A DNA stretch of 64,000 nt from an uncultured Candidatus Saccharibacteria bacterium (GTDB lineage Bacteria > Patescibacteriota > Minisyncoccia > Phycocordibacterales > UBA9973). The stretch spans positions 13,887 through 77,886 of the forward strand of contig CAZYIA010000004.1 of the NCBI GenBank assembly GCA_964646765.1, read 5' to 3'. Positions 27,073-38,100 of this stretch are shown here, in pieces; the first letter of the stretch is position 1, and each line of letters opens with the position of its first letter. Made by a program: the position numbers and the translations under genes. The notes under the pieces are model-generated. The model saw only the letters and a program-made list of their open reading frames with translations. It was not told the origin of the DNA and did not search any database.

Positions 27073-28107
27073 ATGATTGAGACGGCAACAACGCCGGCGC
27101 AAGCCGAGGACGCACGCCCTTATCCAAGGGTTGCGTGTCACGGAGCATCGACGATTCAGATCGGCACCCTGACCCTGTCGGGGGAGTTTGACGAAATCGT
27201 CGCGGGGCTGGGTGCGGTGCAGGCGGCCATTAACGAGAATCGGCTTGTCGCCGAATCCCGGAACGAGGTGCTGGGGAATCCCTATGCATCGCTCCCGGCG
27301 ATCCTGCGTGCCCTGACGCCGCACCTTAAAGCTGCGGGCATCACCCTCCTGCAACCGTGGGAATCACACGGGGACATCGTGCGGGTGACGACTGTCTTCC
27401 TGAAAGGGAAGCAGTTTGCCGCCATGTCGGCGTCGATCCGGGCAGACAACAGTCTGCCGCAGGCTATCGGCAGCGCGACGACCTACTGCTGCCGGTACTC
27501 GGTTCGCGCCATGCTGGGCCTCGCGGTCGACGGTCCTGATGACCAGGATGACGATGGCAACCTGGCATCCGGAGTAACGGCCAGGGGGGCATCCTCGAAG
27601 CCGCGTGCGGACGCCACGAGCGACCGCAAGGGAGAGCAGCCAACCGGGTACTCGGAGAAACTGCGCGGGTACCTGAAGCGGGTGGCGACGGCGGATCTTG
27701 CCGGGCTGACCTCCGCGGAGGCGCAGGTACCTGCCTTCGGCCTTGCGGAGACAGAGGAAAAAGTGCTCCTCGATGCCATTCGTGAGCGCAAGCAGGCACT
27801 CGGAGCCGACGGTAGTGGTGTTGCCGAAGGCGCCGGTTCCCCGACACCCAAGGTCTCCGCGCAAGCCGATACCACGAAGACGGCTGCCGCCGGCACGCAA
27901 AAAGGCCAGGCGAAGCAGTCAAGCGAGCCTTCCGCGAAGCTGCGCGGGTACCTGAAGCGCGTGGCGACGGCGGGTCTTGCCGGGCTGGCCTCCGCGGAGG
28001 CGCAGGTGCCCGCCTTCGGCCTTGCGGAGGAAGAGGAAAAAGCGCTCCTCGATGCCATTCTCGAGCGCAAGCAAACGCTTGCAGGTCCGGCTTCGGACAG
28101 CGTGTAA
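27073..28107 (+). CDS. erf: ERF-family single-strand annealing protein
   Basis: ERF-superfamily core motifs are present (QAAINENRLVAESRNEVLGNPYASLPAILRALTPHLKAAGITL ... AIGSATTYCCRYSVRAMLGL). The start was refined to the ATG with an AGGAGA RBS (MIETATTP). A C-terminal tandem 50-aa repeat is present. Confidence 0.72.
   Translation: MIETATTPAQAEDARPYPRVACHGASTIQIGTLTLSGEFDEIVAGLGAVQAAINENRLVAESRNEVLGNPYASLPAILRALTPHLKAAGITLLQPWESHGDIVRVTTVFLKGKQFAAMSASIRADNSLPQAIGSATTYCCRYSVRAMLGLAVDGPDDQDDDGNLASGVTARGASSKPRADATSDRKGEQPTGYSEKLRGYLKRVATADLAGLTSAEAQVPAFGLAETEEKVLLDAIRERKQALGADGSGVAEGAGSPTPKVSAQADTTKTAAAGTQKGQAKQSSEPSAKLRGYLKRVATAGLAGLASAEAQVPAFGLAEEEEKALLDAILERKQTLAGPASDSV
27640..28090 (+). repeat. 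Direct repeat of about 150 bp within the ERF gene (copies at about 27640-27795 and 27935-28090)
   Basis: The copies are near-identical (AAGCTGCGCGGGTACCTGAAGCG.GTGGCGACGGCGG.TCTTGCCGGGCTG.CCTCCGCGGAGGCGCAGGT...GCCTTCGGCCTTGCGGAG). Both encode KLRGYLKRVATA.LAGL.SAEAQVPAFGLAE.EEK.LLDAI.ERKQ. Confidence 0.8.
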
Positions 28108-28164
28108 CCCCCTGACCCCGCGTTCGGATTCATCCGACCGGGGTCTTGTTTTTGGAGCGAGGCG

Positions 28165-30093
28165 ATGGATCTGGCATTTCCGGGGACGTTGAACCTGACC
28201 ATCAGAAAGTGGGTGCGACGGCTTGGGGCTCTGTTCAATCACCTGCACGAACTGAAATTCGGCGCCGCCGTGGACACGGCAGGGCTTACGCTCGTGTGTC
28301 TGGCGGCAATGGCGACAAGCCCGATGTTTTCGCCGGGCATTGAAAGCCCCCTGTTTGCCGTGATGGTTGTTCTCATGGCTCTGATCGGTTCGGCGTGGGT
28401 CGTGTGGCGACTGCTTGAGCCGGTGCGCGAGGACCACATCCTGGACAGCACGCTCAACATCAGTTCGGCGCCCAGTCCCTACGAGCAATCCCGTGAGGGC
28501 AAGACAACCGGCCTCCTGATTGGATACAGCACCGATCAAGGACGCCCCATCTGGGTTGACGACGAGTTCCTCAAGCGTCACCTGTTCTGCGTCGGACAGT
28601 CCGGTACCGGCAAGACAGTCTTCGCCATGCTGCTTCTGTTTCAGCAGATCCAGCGTGGCGGCGGCGCCCTGTTCATCGACGGCAAGATCGACGCGAGCAA
28701 CATCGAGCAGATCAAGAATTTCTGTTGCTGGGCGGGCCGGCAGCACGACCTTCTCATCATCAACCCCGACAAACCTGATGAATCACCGACGAACACCTAC
28801 AACCCCATTTTGCACGGCGACCCGGACGAAGTGGCGGATCGGCTGTTGCAACTCATCCCGTCGACCGAATCCAATCCCGGCGCGGATCACTACAAACAGG
28901 AAGCAAAACAGGCACTGAACACGATCATTGCCGCGCTTCAGGCGTGCCGGCTGCGGTACAACATGATTGACATGGTCGTCTTGCTCATCAACCAGCGGGC
29001 GATGGAAGAACTGGAAAACAAGCTGATCGTAACCGCGCCGGAGGACGAGGCGACGAAGAACTTCAGTCTCTTTCTCGACAAGTTCCGCATGCCAGAGTGG
29101 GACAAGAACAATCCTGGCGGCATCGACATGAACAAGCTGAAACAGTCGCTTGGCGGTATTGCAGGGCGACTGTACACGTTCGGTACGGGCAACTTCGGCC
29201 AGATCATGAACACCTACGATCCGGACGTGGTGCTTTACGACGCCATCCGCAGCAACAAGATCGTCGTCTGCGGACTGCCCACCATGGGCAAGGGGACGAC
29301 CGCGCGCAACTTCGGCCGGCTGGTAATTGGCGATCTGCGCACCGCGATCTCATGGCTGCAGCGCCTGCCGGAGGCGGAACGCCCAAATCCGCCGTTTCTT
29401 GCCCTGTGTGATGAAGCCGGATCCTACGTGAATGACGAGTGGAGCCGGATTCCAGAACAAACTCGCTCCGCGAACGTGATTTTTGCTCCATTCGCCCAAA
29501 CCGCGGCCAACTTTCAGGCGATCAGTGACGAGCTTTACGAAATGGTCGTCGGTAACAGTTGGACGAAGGTGGTATTCAAGGTCGGCACCCAGGGCACCGC
29601 CCTTGAAACGGCCGAGCTCATCGGCATGGAAAAGACCGTCGTGAAGACGCTTGGTGATTCCGAGAATGAAAGCGCCTCGTTCGAGTCGTTGCGCGCGGCA
29701 CCCGGCATCAACGTGGGCAAATCGGCCGGTGCGACATTCCAGGAGCGCGAGCAGGAAGACTATCGCGTCTCGCCGGACCAGCTGAAAAGTCTCGACATGG
29801 GCGAGGCGGTCATTACGTTCGGCCACACCGAACTGTTCAGCGTACGAATTCCCAGGCTCACTTTTGACAGCAAGGTCGTGGCGGAATTCGGGGAAGTCAC
29901 CCTGAACCGCTTCCGGCCGCGTGGCGTGCGCGGTGCGGACTTCTTCAAGAACACCGACAGGTATCTCGCGCCGACGCACATCAAGCGATTGCAGAAAAAG
30001 GCCGACGCAGAAGACGCCGAAGATCTCCGCAGGATGGAGAAAAAGGCCAGGCAGATCGATCACATGACCGACGACGACGAATATGAAGACTGA
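28165..30093 (+). CDS. traD: Type IV coupling protein (TraD/VirD4 family)
   Basis: The 642-aa ORF has N-terminal TM helices, a Walker A motif (GQSGTGKT), a Walker B region (LLIINPDKPDE) and a TrwB/TraD-like AAA fold. Confidence 0.85.
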   Translation: MDLAFPGTLNLTIRKWVRRLGALFNHLHELKFGAAVDTAGLTLVCLAAMATSPMFSPGIESPLFAVMVVLMALIGSAWVVWRLLEPVREDHILDSTLNISSAPSPYEQSREGKTTGLLIGYSTDQGRPIWVDDEFLKRHLFCVGQSGTGKTVFAMLLLFQQIQRGGGALFIDGKIDASNIEQIKNFCCWAGRQHDLLIINPDKPDESPTNTYNPILHGDPDEVADRLLQLIPSTESNPGADHYKQEAKQALNTIIAALQACRLRYNMIDMVVLLINQRAMEELENKLIVTAPEDEATKNFSLFLDKFRMPEWDKNNPGGIDMNKLKQSLGGIAGRLYTFGTGNFGQIMNTYDPDVVLYDAIRSNKIVVCGLPTMGKGTTARNFGRLVIGDLRTAISWLQRLPEAERPNPPFLALCDEAGSYVNDEWSRIPEQTRSANVIFAPFAQTAANFQAISDELYEMVVGNSWTKVVFKVGTQGTALETAELIGMEKTVVKTLGDSENESASFESLRAAPGINVGKSAGATFQEREQEDYRVSPDQLKSLDMGEAVITFGHTELFSVRIPRLTFDSKVVAEFGEVTLNRFRPRGVRGADFFKNTDRYLAPTHIKRLQKKADAEDAEDLRRMEKKARQIDHMTDDDEYED

Positions 30094-30119
30094 CGATACC
30101 CGGATGGAGGACCCTGAAC

Positions 30120-30401
30120 ATGAGCAAGGCGGAACAGCTTTATCTCTTGATTGCTTTGGTCGGAGTGGCGTTGACACTGGCGTGGAGCCCGACCAGACAG
30201 ATGTTGATGACGATTTTTTCGGCGATTTTGACGCCGACGGTCCTGGAAGCCTTGAAGAATGTGTTCTTGTGGGTTTTCTGGGCCTTGAAGATGATCCTGG
30301 CCTCACACAAGGCCTGGCTGACGCACTTGATCACGCCGCGACACATCATGTATCCAAGCCTGCAGCGCGACAAACAGGTCTCGCGAAATCTGCGGCAGTA
30401 A
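30120..30401 (+). CDS. Small hydrophobic membrane protein (hypothetical; competes with overlapping frame)
   Basis: A GGAGGA RBS lies 8 nt before the ATG. The 93-aa ORF has three hydrophobic segments. The overlapping frame 30083-30997 has an implausible acidic N-terminus. Confidence 0.3.
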   Translation: MSKAEQLYLLIALVGVALTLAWSPTRQMLMTIFSAILTPTVLEALKNVFLWVFWALKMILASHKAWLTHLITPRHIMYPSLQRDKQVSRNLRQ

Positions 30402-30490
30402 CGGAGGAGGATTTCGAGGAAGGCGCGCCGCGCAACGCTTTTCTCATCATCCGTTCGCAGGCATCGAACCTGTTTTCGCGTGACCCGAAA

Positions 30491-30997
30491 ATGTTCAAGC
30501 GCCGCCCAGCGGCGATCGACTTCTTCTTCACCAACCTGGACAACGGGGAAGACGCGACGTTTCAGCTCTGCTGCGACGTGCTCGACGCGCGCCCTGACAT
30601 CGTCAGGTTGCGTATCGTCTACGAGTTCTGGTTGCGGGGCATTCAGTTCACGAACCCAATGCCTTTCGAAGTAGTTCCGGTTCCCGCCATCATCGTCAAC
30701 GAGGCCTACATGTTGCGGGGAGACGTTGGTGTTGCCGTGGCACAAGCGGCGTGGAATTGGCCTGGCGTGCAAACAGCCGCAATGATCCGACGATGCGAGC
30801 ATCTCGGATTTGCTGCCGACGATATCGAGAAAGCTATTGCTGCGCTCGGTGACGAAAACATCCTATCGGAAATCACCGACGGCTGGTACCTCACTGGCCG
30901 CAATCCCATCATGCAAAGCATGCGGGACCAGACGCGATTCGGGGGCAAGGCAGTGCAGATGATTACACAGACGGTACATTGGTCACGACTGTTTTAA
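30491..30997 (+). CDS. Hypothetical protein (C-terminal part of ORF 30083-30997, internal ATG MFKRRPAAIDFF)
   Basis: Only the C-terminal 168 aa of the 304-aa ORF has a diverse, protein-like composition. The start is uncertain. Confidence 0.35.
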   Translation: MFKRRPAAIDFFFTNLDNGEDATFQLCCDVLDARPDIVRLRIVYEFWLRGIQFTNPMPFEVVPVPAIIVNEAYMLRGDVGVAVAQAAWNWPGVQTAAMIRRCEHLGFAADDIEKAIAALGDENILSEITDGWYLTGRNPIMQSMRDQTRFGGKAVQMITQTVHWSRLF

Positions 30998-31013
30998 CGC
31001 CAGGCCCGCGCCC

Positions 31014-32726
31014 CTAAAAAGTTTCCCATTCGCCATTGCCCCCCACGACCGCCAGCTTCGCCGGCGGTCGTGGGGTTGTCACCGGCGTGTCATCTCGCGG
31101 CAAGCCCTTCACCCCGATCGCGCGGACCGGTGCGCTGCGTACCACGGACGCCCCGGACGGGCCAAGCTTGAAGACACTCACCGCATCAGCCAGCCTGCCG
31201 GCCTGCTCCTGCAGACTCTCCGCCGCAGCCACCGCCTCTTCCACCAGGGCCGCATTCTGCTGCGTGACGTCGTCCATCTGGCTGATCGCCTGGTTGACTT
31301 GCTCAATGCCGGAACTCTGCTCAGCACTCGCCGCGGCAATCTCGCCCATGATGTCGGTGACACGCTTCACGGAAGCAACAATCTCATCCATGGTGTGCCC
31401 GGCTTCGTCAACCAGCTTGCCACCCGCCTCGACCTTGTCGACGGAGTCTTCGATCAGGGCCTTGATCTCCTTGGCAGCGGTGGCGCTGCGTTGCGCAAGA
31501 CTCCGAACTTCGGAGGCAACAACGGCAAAACCACGCCCCTGCTCACCAGCACGCGCCGCCTCAACCGCAGCATTCAGGGCAAGGATGTTGGTCTGGAAGG
31601 CAATGCCGTCAATGACGCCAATGATGTCGGCAATCTTCCTCGAACTGTCCTTGATGGACGCCATGGTGTCGACGACTTCACCCACTACGCGACCTCCCTT
31701 CAAGGCGACGTCGGCCGTGGAAACGACCAGCTGGTTGGCCTGACGCGCGTTCTCGGCGTTCTGCCTGACCGTGCCGGTCAGCTCTTCCATCGAGCTCGCG
31801 GTCTCTTCCAGACTCGAGGCCTGCTCTTCGGTGCGACTCGAAAGATCGGCGCTGCCGGCGGCGACCTCGCGCGACGCGACGGTAATGGTGTCGGTTCCGC
31901 TGCGCACGCGCGACACGATTTCGGCCAGACTGGCATTCATGGTCTTGAGCGCCTGCATCAGATGGCCAATCTCGTCGTTCGAATGAACCTCGATGCGGTT
32001 GTCGAGGTTGCCAGCGGCAACCGACTCGGCAAGCGACACCGCTTCGTTCAAAGGATGCGTGATAGTGCGAATGAACCAAGCGGCAAGTAGCAGCATGGTC
32101 ACCACGGCGATGAGTACACCGGCCATCATCACACTACGCGCCACGGTGGCGGCACTCTCGCTGTGCTCGATGGAACGGTCTGCCGCGGCTTCGATGAGTG
32201 CGCTGGATTCCTCCATGTTGACCTCCAGTGCCTTGAACCTCTCCTCGAACTCGGGATAGCGCGCCTGCGCCGCGACGACATCGGAAAACGCGAGGCCGAC
32301 GATGGCTTCGGCCGACTTGATATAGGCTTCCAGCGCCACGTTGCTCTCCTCCAGACGCTTGCGTATCTCGCCGTCCAGGGGCAGTTTCATGTTGGCCGCG
32401 ATGTCTTCACGGAAAGCCGTTGCGGCCTCGGTCAGCTCATCGCGAATCTTCTGCGCGTCCGCCTGTTCACCGGCTGCCGTTTCGTGCCCCGCCAGAAGCG
32501 CGGCAAGCACGACGGCCTGCAATCCCTCATGCATCATGTCGCCGTGCATGTGGTTTTTCTGTACGATGCCGCTCAGGCGCACCTCGTCCATCACCAGGCG
32601 CATTTTCTGCTGCCCCCAGTAGCCCACCGCGGCGATCGCCAGCGTGAAAACGAGGCTCAGCAGTGCGAAGCCCCACAGTTTTTGTCTGATCGACAACGAG
32701 TTGAACATTGCCCGCCCCCTAACCAA
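31014..32726 (-). CDS. Methyl-accepting chemotaxis protein
   Basis: It has two TM helices flanking a periplasmic sensor, a HAMP region, and a highly conserved MCP signalling domain ([39 protein letters not shown]) with methylation heptads. Confidence 0.9.
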   Translation of the reverse strand: MVRGRAMFNSLSIRQKLWGFALLSLVFTLAIAAVGYWGQQKMRLVMDEVRLSGIVQKNHMHGDMMHEGLQAVVLAALLAGHETAAGEQADAQKIRDELTEAATAFREDIAANMKLPLDGEIRKRLEESNVALEAYIKSAEAIVGLAFSDVVAAQARYPEFEERFKALEVNMEESSALIEAAADRSIEHSESAATVARSVMMAGVLIAVVTMLLLAAWFIRTITHPLNEAVSLAESVAAGNLDNRIEVHSNDEIGHLMQALKTMNASLAEIVSRVRSGTDTITVASREVAAGSADLSSRTEEQASSLEETASSMEELTGTVRQNAENARQANQLVVSTADVALKGGRVVGEVVDTMASIKDSSRKIADIIGVIDGIAFQTNILALNAAVEAARAGEQGRGFAVVASEVRSLAQRSATAAKEIKALIEDSVDKVEAGGKLVDEAGHTMDEIVASVKRVTDIMGEIAAASAEQSSGIEQVNQAISQMDDVTQQNAALVEEAVAAAESLQEQAGRLADAVSVFKLGPSGASVVRSAPVRAIGVKGLPRDDTPVTTPRPPAKLAVVGGNGEWETF

Positions 32727-32744
32727 GAAAACAATCCCGATAAA

Positions 32745-34010
32745 TCATTTTTCCAGCACCATTTCAAAGCGCACACCCAACACGCTCACATTGCCCATAC
32801 CCCGGGCAGCGTTGGGATTGATGACATACTGCACATTCGGCTGCACGACGAGCCAGTCGTTGACCGGTGCGCGCCACGTCAGCTCCCACACCGATTCATG
32901 GCGACTGGCGTCGGGTTCGATCTGACGATACTTGCCGCCGACGTTGGCCTGCGTCCACGACAACGCGAGCTGATCGGCCGGACGGCTTGCCATCGGGCCG
33001 GTGAACACCACCCCTGCCTGGGTGTAGCTCGAAAGCGGATTGAGGTCCGCGTTGGCACGCCCATAGCGGGCGAAGGCGTCGACGTGACCACCACCAGACA
33101 ATGCGAGGATCGTGCGCTCGGCCAGCACATAGAATCCACGGTTGTTGCCACGCATCAATGGATCGCCTGCTGCATCCGTTGCGGTCAGATCCTCGAAGCG
33201 CGAGGTGTATGACCAGGCGCCAACGGCATACTTGTCAGTTGACGACATGCCAAGCAACTGAGCCTTCTTGCCTCGCGCAGGGACGAATCCCACCTCCGCT
33301 ACCCGCAGCGTGCCGTCGCCGTCATTGAACTGGATATGCGTGCCGCGCGGATTATCGGGATCTCCCGGCACACCGTCGAGGATCGCCAACTGCAGGTAGG
33401 TTTCCTCGGTCGGACGGACACGCACGCGCAGCGCGACGGACGAGGTCGGAAACACCGATGGCCCGTTCACTCCGGTCTGCGCCATTTCCGAGCCTATACC
33501 CGGTGCCGGGTGGAGGAAAATTCCACTGCTGTGGCTGACGTAGAACTCGGAGTTGAGGTCGTACAGGCCGAAGCGCGCCGACAGGCGGTCATCCAGCCAC
33601 TGCTTTTCGACCCAGACCTGGAAAATCTTCGCGGTATTCGTCTCAACCTCGATATTGTCGACGCCCTGGATGCTGCCGACCAGATGGGTATTGGGCTTGC
33701 TGCCATGGCTCCAGATTGCGTGTACACCCGCAGTCATGCCGGACCACCCGGCCATCCGTTCCAGATTGAAATCGGCCGTCGCATCGAGGTTGCCGAGCGC
33801 CATGGTGCCGCGCTTGAGGCCTCCGGAAATGTTGGACAGCACATCCGCCCGATACAGGAGGCCGAGCGCGTAGGCACTGTCCGGATGATCAGTCGTCCCT
33901 TCATATTGCCTCTCTGCTGCGAGCGCCTCGAGCGAAGCCGCCAGAAGGACGCTTATCAGTATCCGGCTCAGCACCGGGATGATACTTTTGCTGTTTTTTC
34001 CGTAACGCAT
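32745..34010 (-). CDS. Carbohydrate-selective porin, OprB family
   Basis: It has a signal peptide and beta-barrel composition. OprB-like N-terminal (YALGLLYRADVLSNISGGLKRG) and C-terminal (LGVRFEMVLEK) motifs are present. Confidence 0.75.
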   Translation of the reverse strand: MRYGKNSKSIIPVLSRILISVLLAASLEALAAERQYEGTTDHPDSAYALGLLYRADVLSNISGGLKRGTMALGNLDATADFNLERMAGWSGMTAGVHAIWSHGSKPNTHLVGSIQGVDNIEVETNTAKIFQVWVEKQWLDDRLSARFGLYDLNSEFYVSHSSGIFLHPAPGIGSEMAQTGVNGPSVFPTSSVALRVRVRPTEETYLQLAILDGVPGDPDNPRGTHIQFNDGDGTLRVAEVGFVPARGKKAQLLGMSSTDKYAVGAWSYTSRFEDLTATDAAGDPLMRGNNRGFYVLAERTILALSGGGHVDAFARYGRANADLNPLSSYTQAGVVFTGPMASRPADQLALSWTQANVGGKYRQIEPDASRHESVWELTWRAPVNDWLVVQPNVQYVINPNAARGMGNVSVLGVRFEMVLEK

Positions 34011-34668
34011 GTTTATTGTCTTGCAGGTGAAGTGAAATTATGGCCGCACAAAACGGCATAGAGCCACAATGCATCATGCTGTGCGCGGCCTTGGGTGCTT
34101 CTCAGATGTATCACCACTTGTCTGGGAGAGAAGCCGGAGGGGGTGGTGGCTCGTTTGCAGAACACTCCTGTTGCCAAACAGCAAAACGTTGCGCCACCTC
34201 ATCCGTAGACAATGATTCGTCAAGGATGTGTCGAATTGTTGACATGGATGCATTGGCGTAAATGAAGCTCCCAGAGCAATTGGGAGCGTCTTTCAAGCCG
34301 CACGAACTCTTCTCGGGTAATGAAGTACAGCCTGTCAAATGCCACCACTTGAACGATGTCGTAATCGAGCGCCATCGTAAGCAGGCTTTTTCTTGGTTCG
34401 TCCATATCCATTCGTCTAGTTCTCCGCAACACCCATACTGATGCAACAGCCATGCCAAGACGGACATTGAAGTTTTTCCGCTACATGCCGTTAATCAGTT
34501 TGAAACCGAAAGACTGGCAAAGCTGGGGCAACCCAGTGACGCAAAGCCTCCGGTCCGGAGCCATGGCTCGGGATAGCGGGGTTGCATGGCACGAATCTTC
34601 CATTCGTCCGGTCGCAACGCTTGCTTTCCTTGCTGTGGGTCTTCGTCACTCGTTGCGGAGAACACGAC

Positions 34669-35106
34669 ATGAAAAGCTTGATCGTTGCAGGCCTGCTCAC
34701 CATGGCGGCGGGCCAATATGGCGCAAACGTCGTTTTTGCCCCCGGGTCTTCTGCGGGTGAGCCGATGAATGCGGGTCCCAGGGTAGCGGAGACGCGGCTG
34801 GAGCTGACCGGTGCAGAGCATCGATCCGCTGCGGCAAATCTGGCAATTGGTCAGGACATCGAGCGCGCGAGCACGCATTTCGAGGACGCCTTCGGCAAAG
34901 CCCCCCAGGTCGCAACAGCAATGGCCTACTCAGTCCAGGCGCACGGGCCCATCAAGGCGATTCTGTACGATGATCCCTCAGTGAAATCAGCGACAACCGG
35001 GTTTGCCGAATCATTGGGGCGTGGCCTGCGCGCACTGGCGGACGCCGTGGCACGGGACATGGCTGAAGGGACCAAGCAGTTGCATCCACAACCGGTCCAG
35101 GGCTAG
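34669..35106 (+). CDS. Secreted hypothetical protein
   Basis: The start was refined to the MKSLIVAGLLTMAAGQYGA signal peptide, with a GGAGAA RBS. The gene is 145 aa and convergent with the rhs gene. Confidence 0.45.
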   Translation: MKSLIVAGLLTMAAGQYGANVVFAPGSSAGEPMNAGPRVAETRLELTGAEHRSAAANLAIGQDIERASTHFEDAFGKAPQVATAMAYSVQAHGPIKAILYDDPSVKSATTGFAESLGRGLRALADAVARDMAEGTKQLHPQPVQG

Positions 35107-38100
35107 GCCGGCGTATTGCCGGCAGCATCCAGCACTACCGCACCAGGTGGCTCAGTCGCCATGCGGTTCGACGCCGGGGTGTAGCTGTAGGGCCCGGTCG
35201 AATCGATCAACCGGTTCCCGTTGCAGTCGTACGAAAGCAACTGCGTCGACTCGGAGATCAGACGATCCAGCGCGTCGTACTGGAACTGGCTTGCGTCCTT
35301 CTGAACGACGTTGCCGTTGGCGTCATAGGCGAAGGTCCGGTTCAACACGAATCCGGCCGTCCAGCCTGTCATCCGGCCCTGCAGGTCGTAGGTCTTCGAC
35401 TCGGTGATGCCATTGGCCCAGGTCTGGGCCTTGACCAGGCCGTCGGCGCGGTAGGTTCTGCCGGTGAGGACGTTGCTGCCGTTGGTCGAAACCGCGGTGA
35501 CGTTGCCGATGGCGTTGCGGGTATAGGCCACGATCCGGCCAGAGGGATAGGTGATGCTGGCGAGGTCGCCGGCTGGCGTCCAGGTGTAGGACGTGGTCTT
35601 GCTCACGCCACCTTGAACCCAAGTCTCGGATGAAACCCGGCCGAACCCTTCATAGATCCAGCTGCGCGTCCCCGCCTGATCCGTCACACTGCAAAGCTGG
35701 CCAACCTGGCAGGTATCGTAGGTCATGGCCACGTTCTCGGCCGGGTTCGGGTAGGAAACCGAGGTCACCCGGTTCAGGACGTCATAGGTGAACGTGGCGG
35801 CGATCCCGCGAGCGTCGGTCCGGGTCAACACGTTCCCGTTGGCGTCATGTGTGTAGGTGATGACACCGCGATCCGGGCCAGCCTCCTTCAGGACGTTACC
35901 AAGGTCGTCGATCTCATAGCCAGTGGCAGCATCGTTCGGTGTCACAACCCCTGCCAGGTTACCGCCAGGGTCGTAACCCCGATCGGTCATCCCCCCCAGG
36001 GCATCCACCGTACGGACGATACGATCCAGGGTGTCGACCTGATGCTGGGTGATGTTGCCGTTGGGGTCGGTGACCTGGGTGAGATTCCCCACCGCGTCGT
36101 GCACCAGTTGGGTAACCGAGCCGGCGGCATTGACCTGGCTTGGGTAGTTCCGGGCGTTGAAGGCCAGATCCATCTGCCGGACAACGGTGCCATCGGGATC
36201 TTTCGTGACATCCGACGTCCGGTTCCCCTTGAGGTCGTAGGCGTAGCTGACCTTGTTGCCCAGGCTATCGGTGACGCTGGCCAGGCGGTCTGCTACATCG
36301 TAGGTGTAGGTCAGGGTGCCACGGCCGGGGACGATGACCGAGAGCAGCCGGCCGGCGGCGTCCCACGCATAGGAATAGGTGCGCGCGCTGCCCACCACCG
36401 GTGTTTCGGTCACCGACGCAACCCTGCCCCGCAGGTTGTACGTGTACGCGGTGACCAGGCCGTTCGGATCGGTTTTACGGAGCAGGCGGCCGTTGGCGTC
36501 GTACTGGTCGAAGGTGGTGACGTGGCCAGCGGGGTTGGTGATGGAGGAGAGCATCTCGCAGCCGAAACCGGTAGTGCACTGCGGATAGGTAAGCTGGGTG
36601 GTGCGGCCGTTGGCGTCGGTGATCGCGCCAATCTGTCCCGCCGGTGCATAGGCCATCGCTACCGTTCTGGAAACCGCAGTGCCAGCCGGGGTGTAGCCAG
36701 ATACCTGGATTTGCACCGGGCGGTTCCGTTCGTCGTAGGCGATCTCGGTGCGCTTGACTGCGCCACCAAATACGCTCGGCTCTTCGATGACCGTCGGCAG
36801 CGCCAGGAAGTCGTCCAGATAGGCCCAGGTGGTAGTGCGCGCTTCTGGCGTTCCTGCGGCCTCCACCTTCTGGATCGGCCGGTTGACGGCGTCCCAGGCA
36901 TAGGTGGTCGTTCTGCCCTCCTCGTCTGTCTCGGAAATGAGGTTGTTGTTCGCATCGAAGCTCCGGAAACGCGTCTTGCCATCCATGCTATGGGTACGAG
37001 CGGCAAGAAGATTGACTCCGAGGTTGCGTGTGAAGGCGAGCGTTTCGGCATTGCCGGCAGCGTCCGTCACGGTGGCGCCGGCGCCGCTGAAGCCGAGACC
37101 GAAGGATTCCGTGCCGTCCGGCCTGGCAGTCGACACCGCCTGGCCCGTCGCAGCGTCGTAGGCATAGGTGCCAACCCGCTTGCCCGTCTCGTCGATGATG
37201 CCCGTCAGGGCATGAGGGTTGAGAGGATCTTCGTACAGATACCGGCGCACGCTGTTGTCGGGGAAGTAGACCTGCACCAGCCGGCGGCGACTGTCATACT
37301 GGTAGCGAATCCGGTGCCCGTCCGGCTGCCGAATCTCCAAAAGAATGGCGGCTCCCCATACCGGAGTCAGCTTGTGACCACCCGGGCCGAATTCGGCCAT
37401 GATCAGGCCATTTGACACCATGTCATAGCGGGTCCGGATTCCCGACGGACTGAATCGCTCGATGATGTTGCCGGGTGCGTTGTAGCGCTCGATCGAACCG
37501 TCCTGCCATGCACGCCTGTAGCCCAAGCCGTCACGCTTCAGCTTGAAGCGGACGTCGGCCGGGCAGGCGAAGGTGCCGTCGAGGTTGTCAGGGCAATGAA
37601 CGGTACGCCCACTGGATTCCCGGACCTGGACACCGTTGCCGTCGGGGGTGATTCGCACCGAGTAATCGAAGGTCCAGTTGTAGCCCATGTAACCGGAATT
37701 CGTAAAACTCTGGCTGTTGTACGTGCGCGCCATCGAAGACACACCCGGCGGCCCATTGAAATCGACCTCCCTTTGCACCTTGTTGCCTACCGCGGCGTCA
37801 ACCGGGTTGCCATAGCAAGTATCGCCCGCGCCGCTTTCGCCCCCGAGTTGCTTCACATTTTGAGCTGCGAGCACCGCAGACTGTTTCGAGACGACATCGC
37901 CAGAAGTCGGCCCCACCAGCACCATGCCAGGCGACACCGCTTGTGTCGGAAAAACGTGATAGTGGTAGGTAGCCCCGGCCGACAGACCGCAACCCCGGTT
38001 CTGCTCGTTCGACGTCCAGGTCTGGAGGCCAGCACCGGCGCTACCGGTCCAATATGCCCAGCAATTACTGATGTTTTGCGGACAAATCCTTCGCATCGCG

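Noticed and set aside
35847-37415. 522-aa plus-strand ORF antisense to the Rhs gene
   Set aside because: It is open only because of the high GC of the YD-repeat coding strand, and it is Gly/Val/Arg-rich with no motifs.
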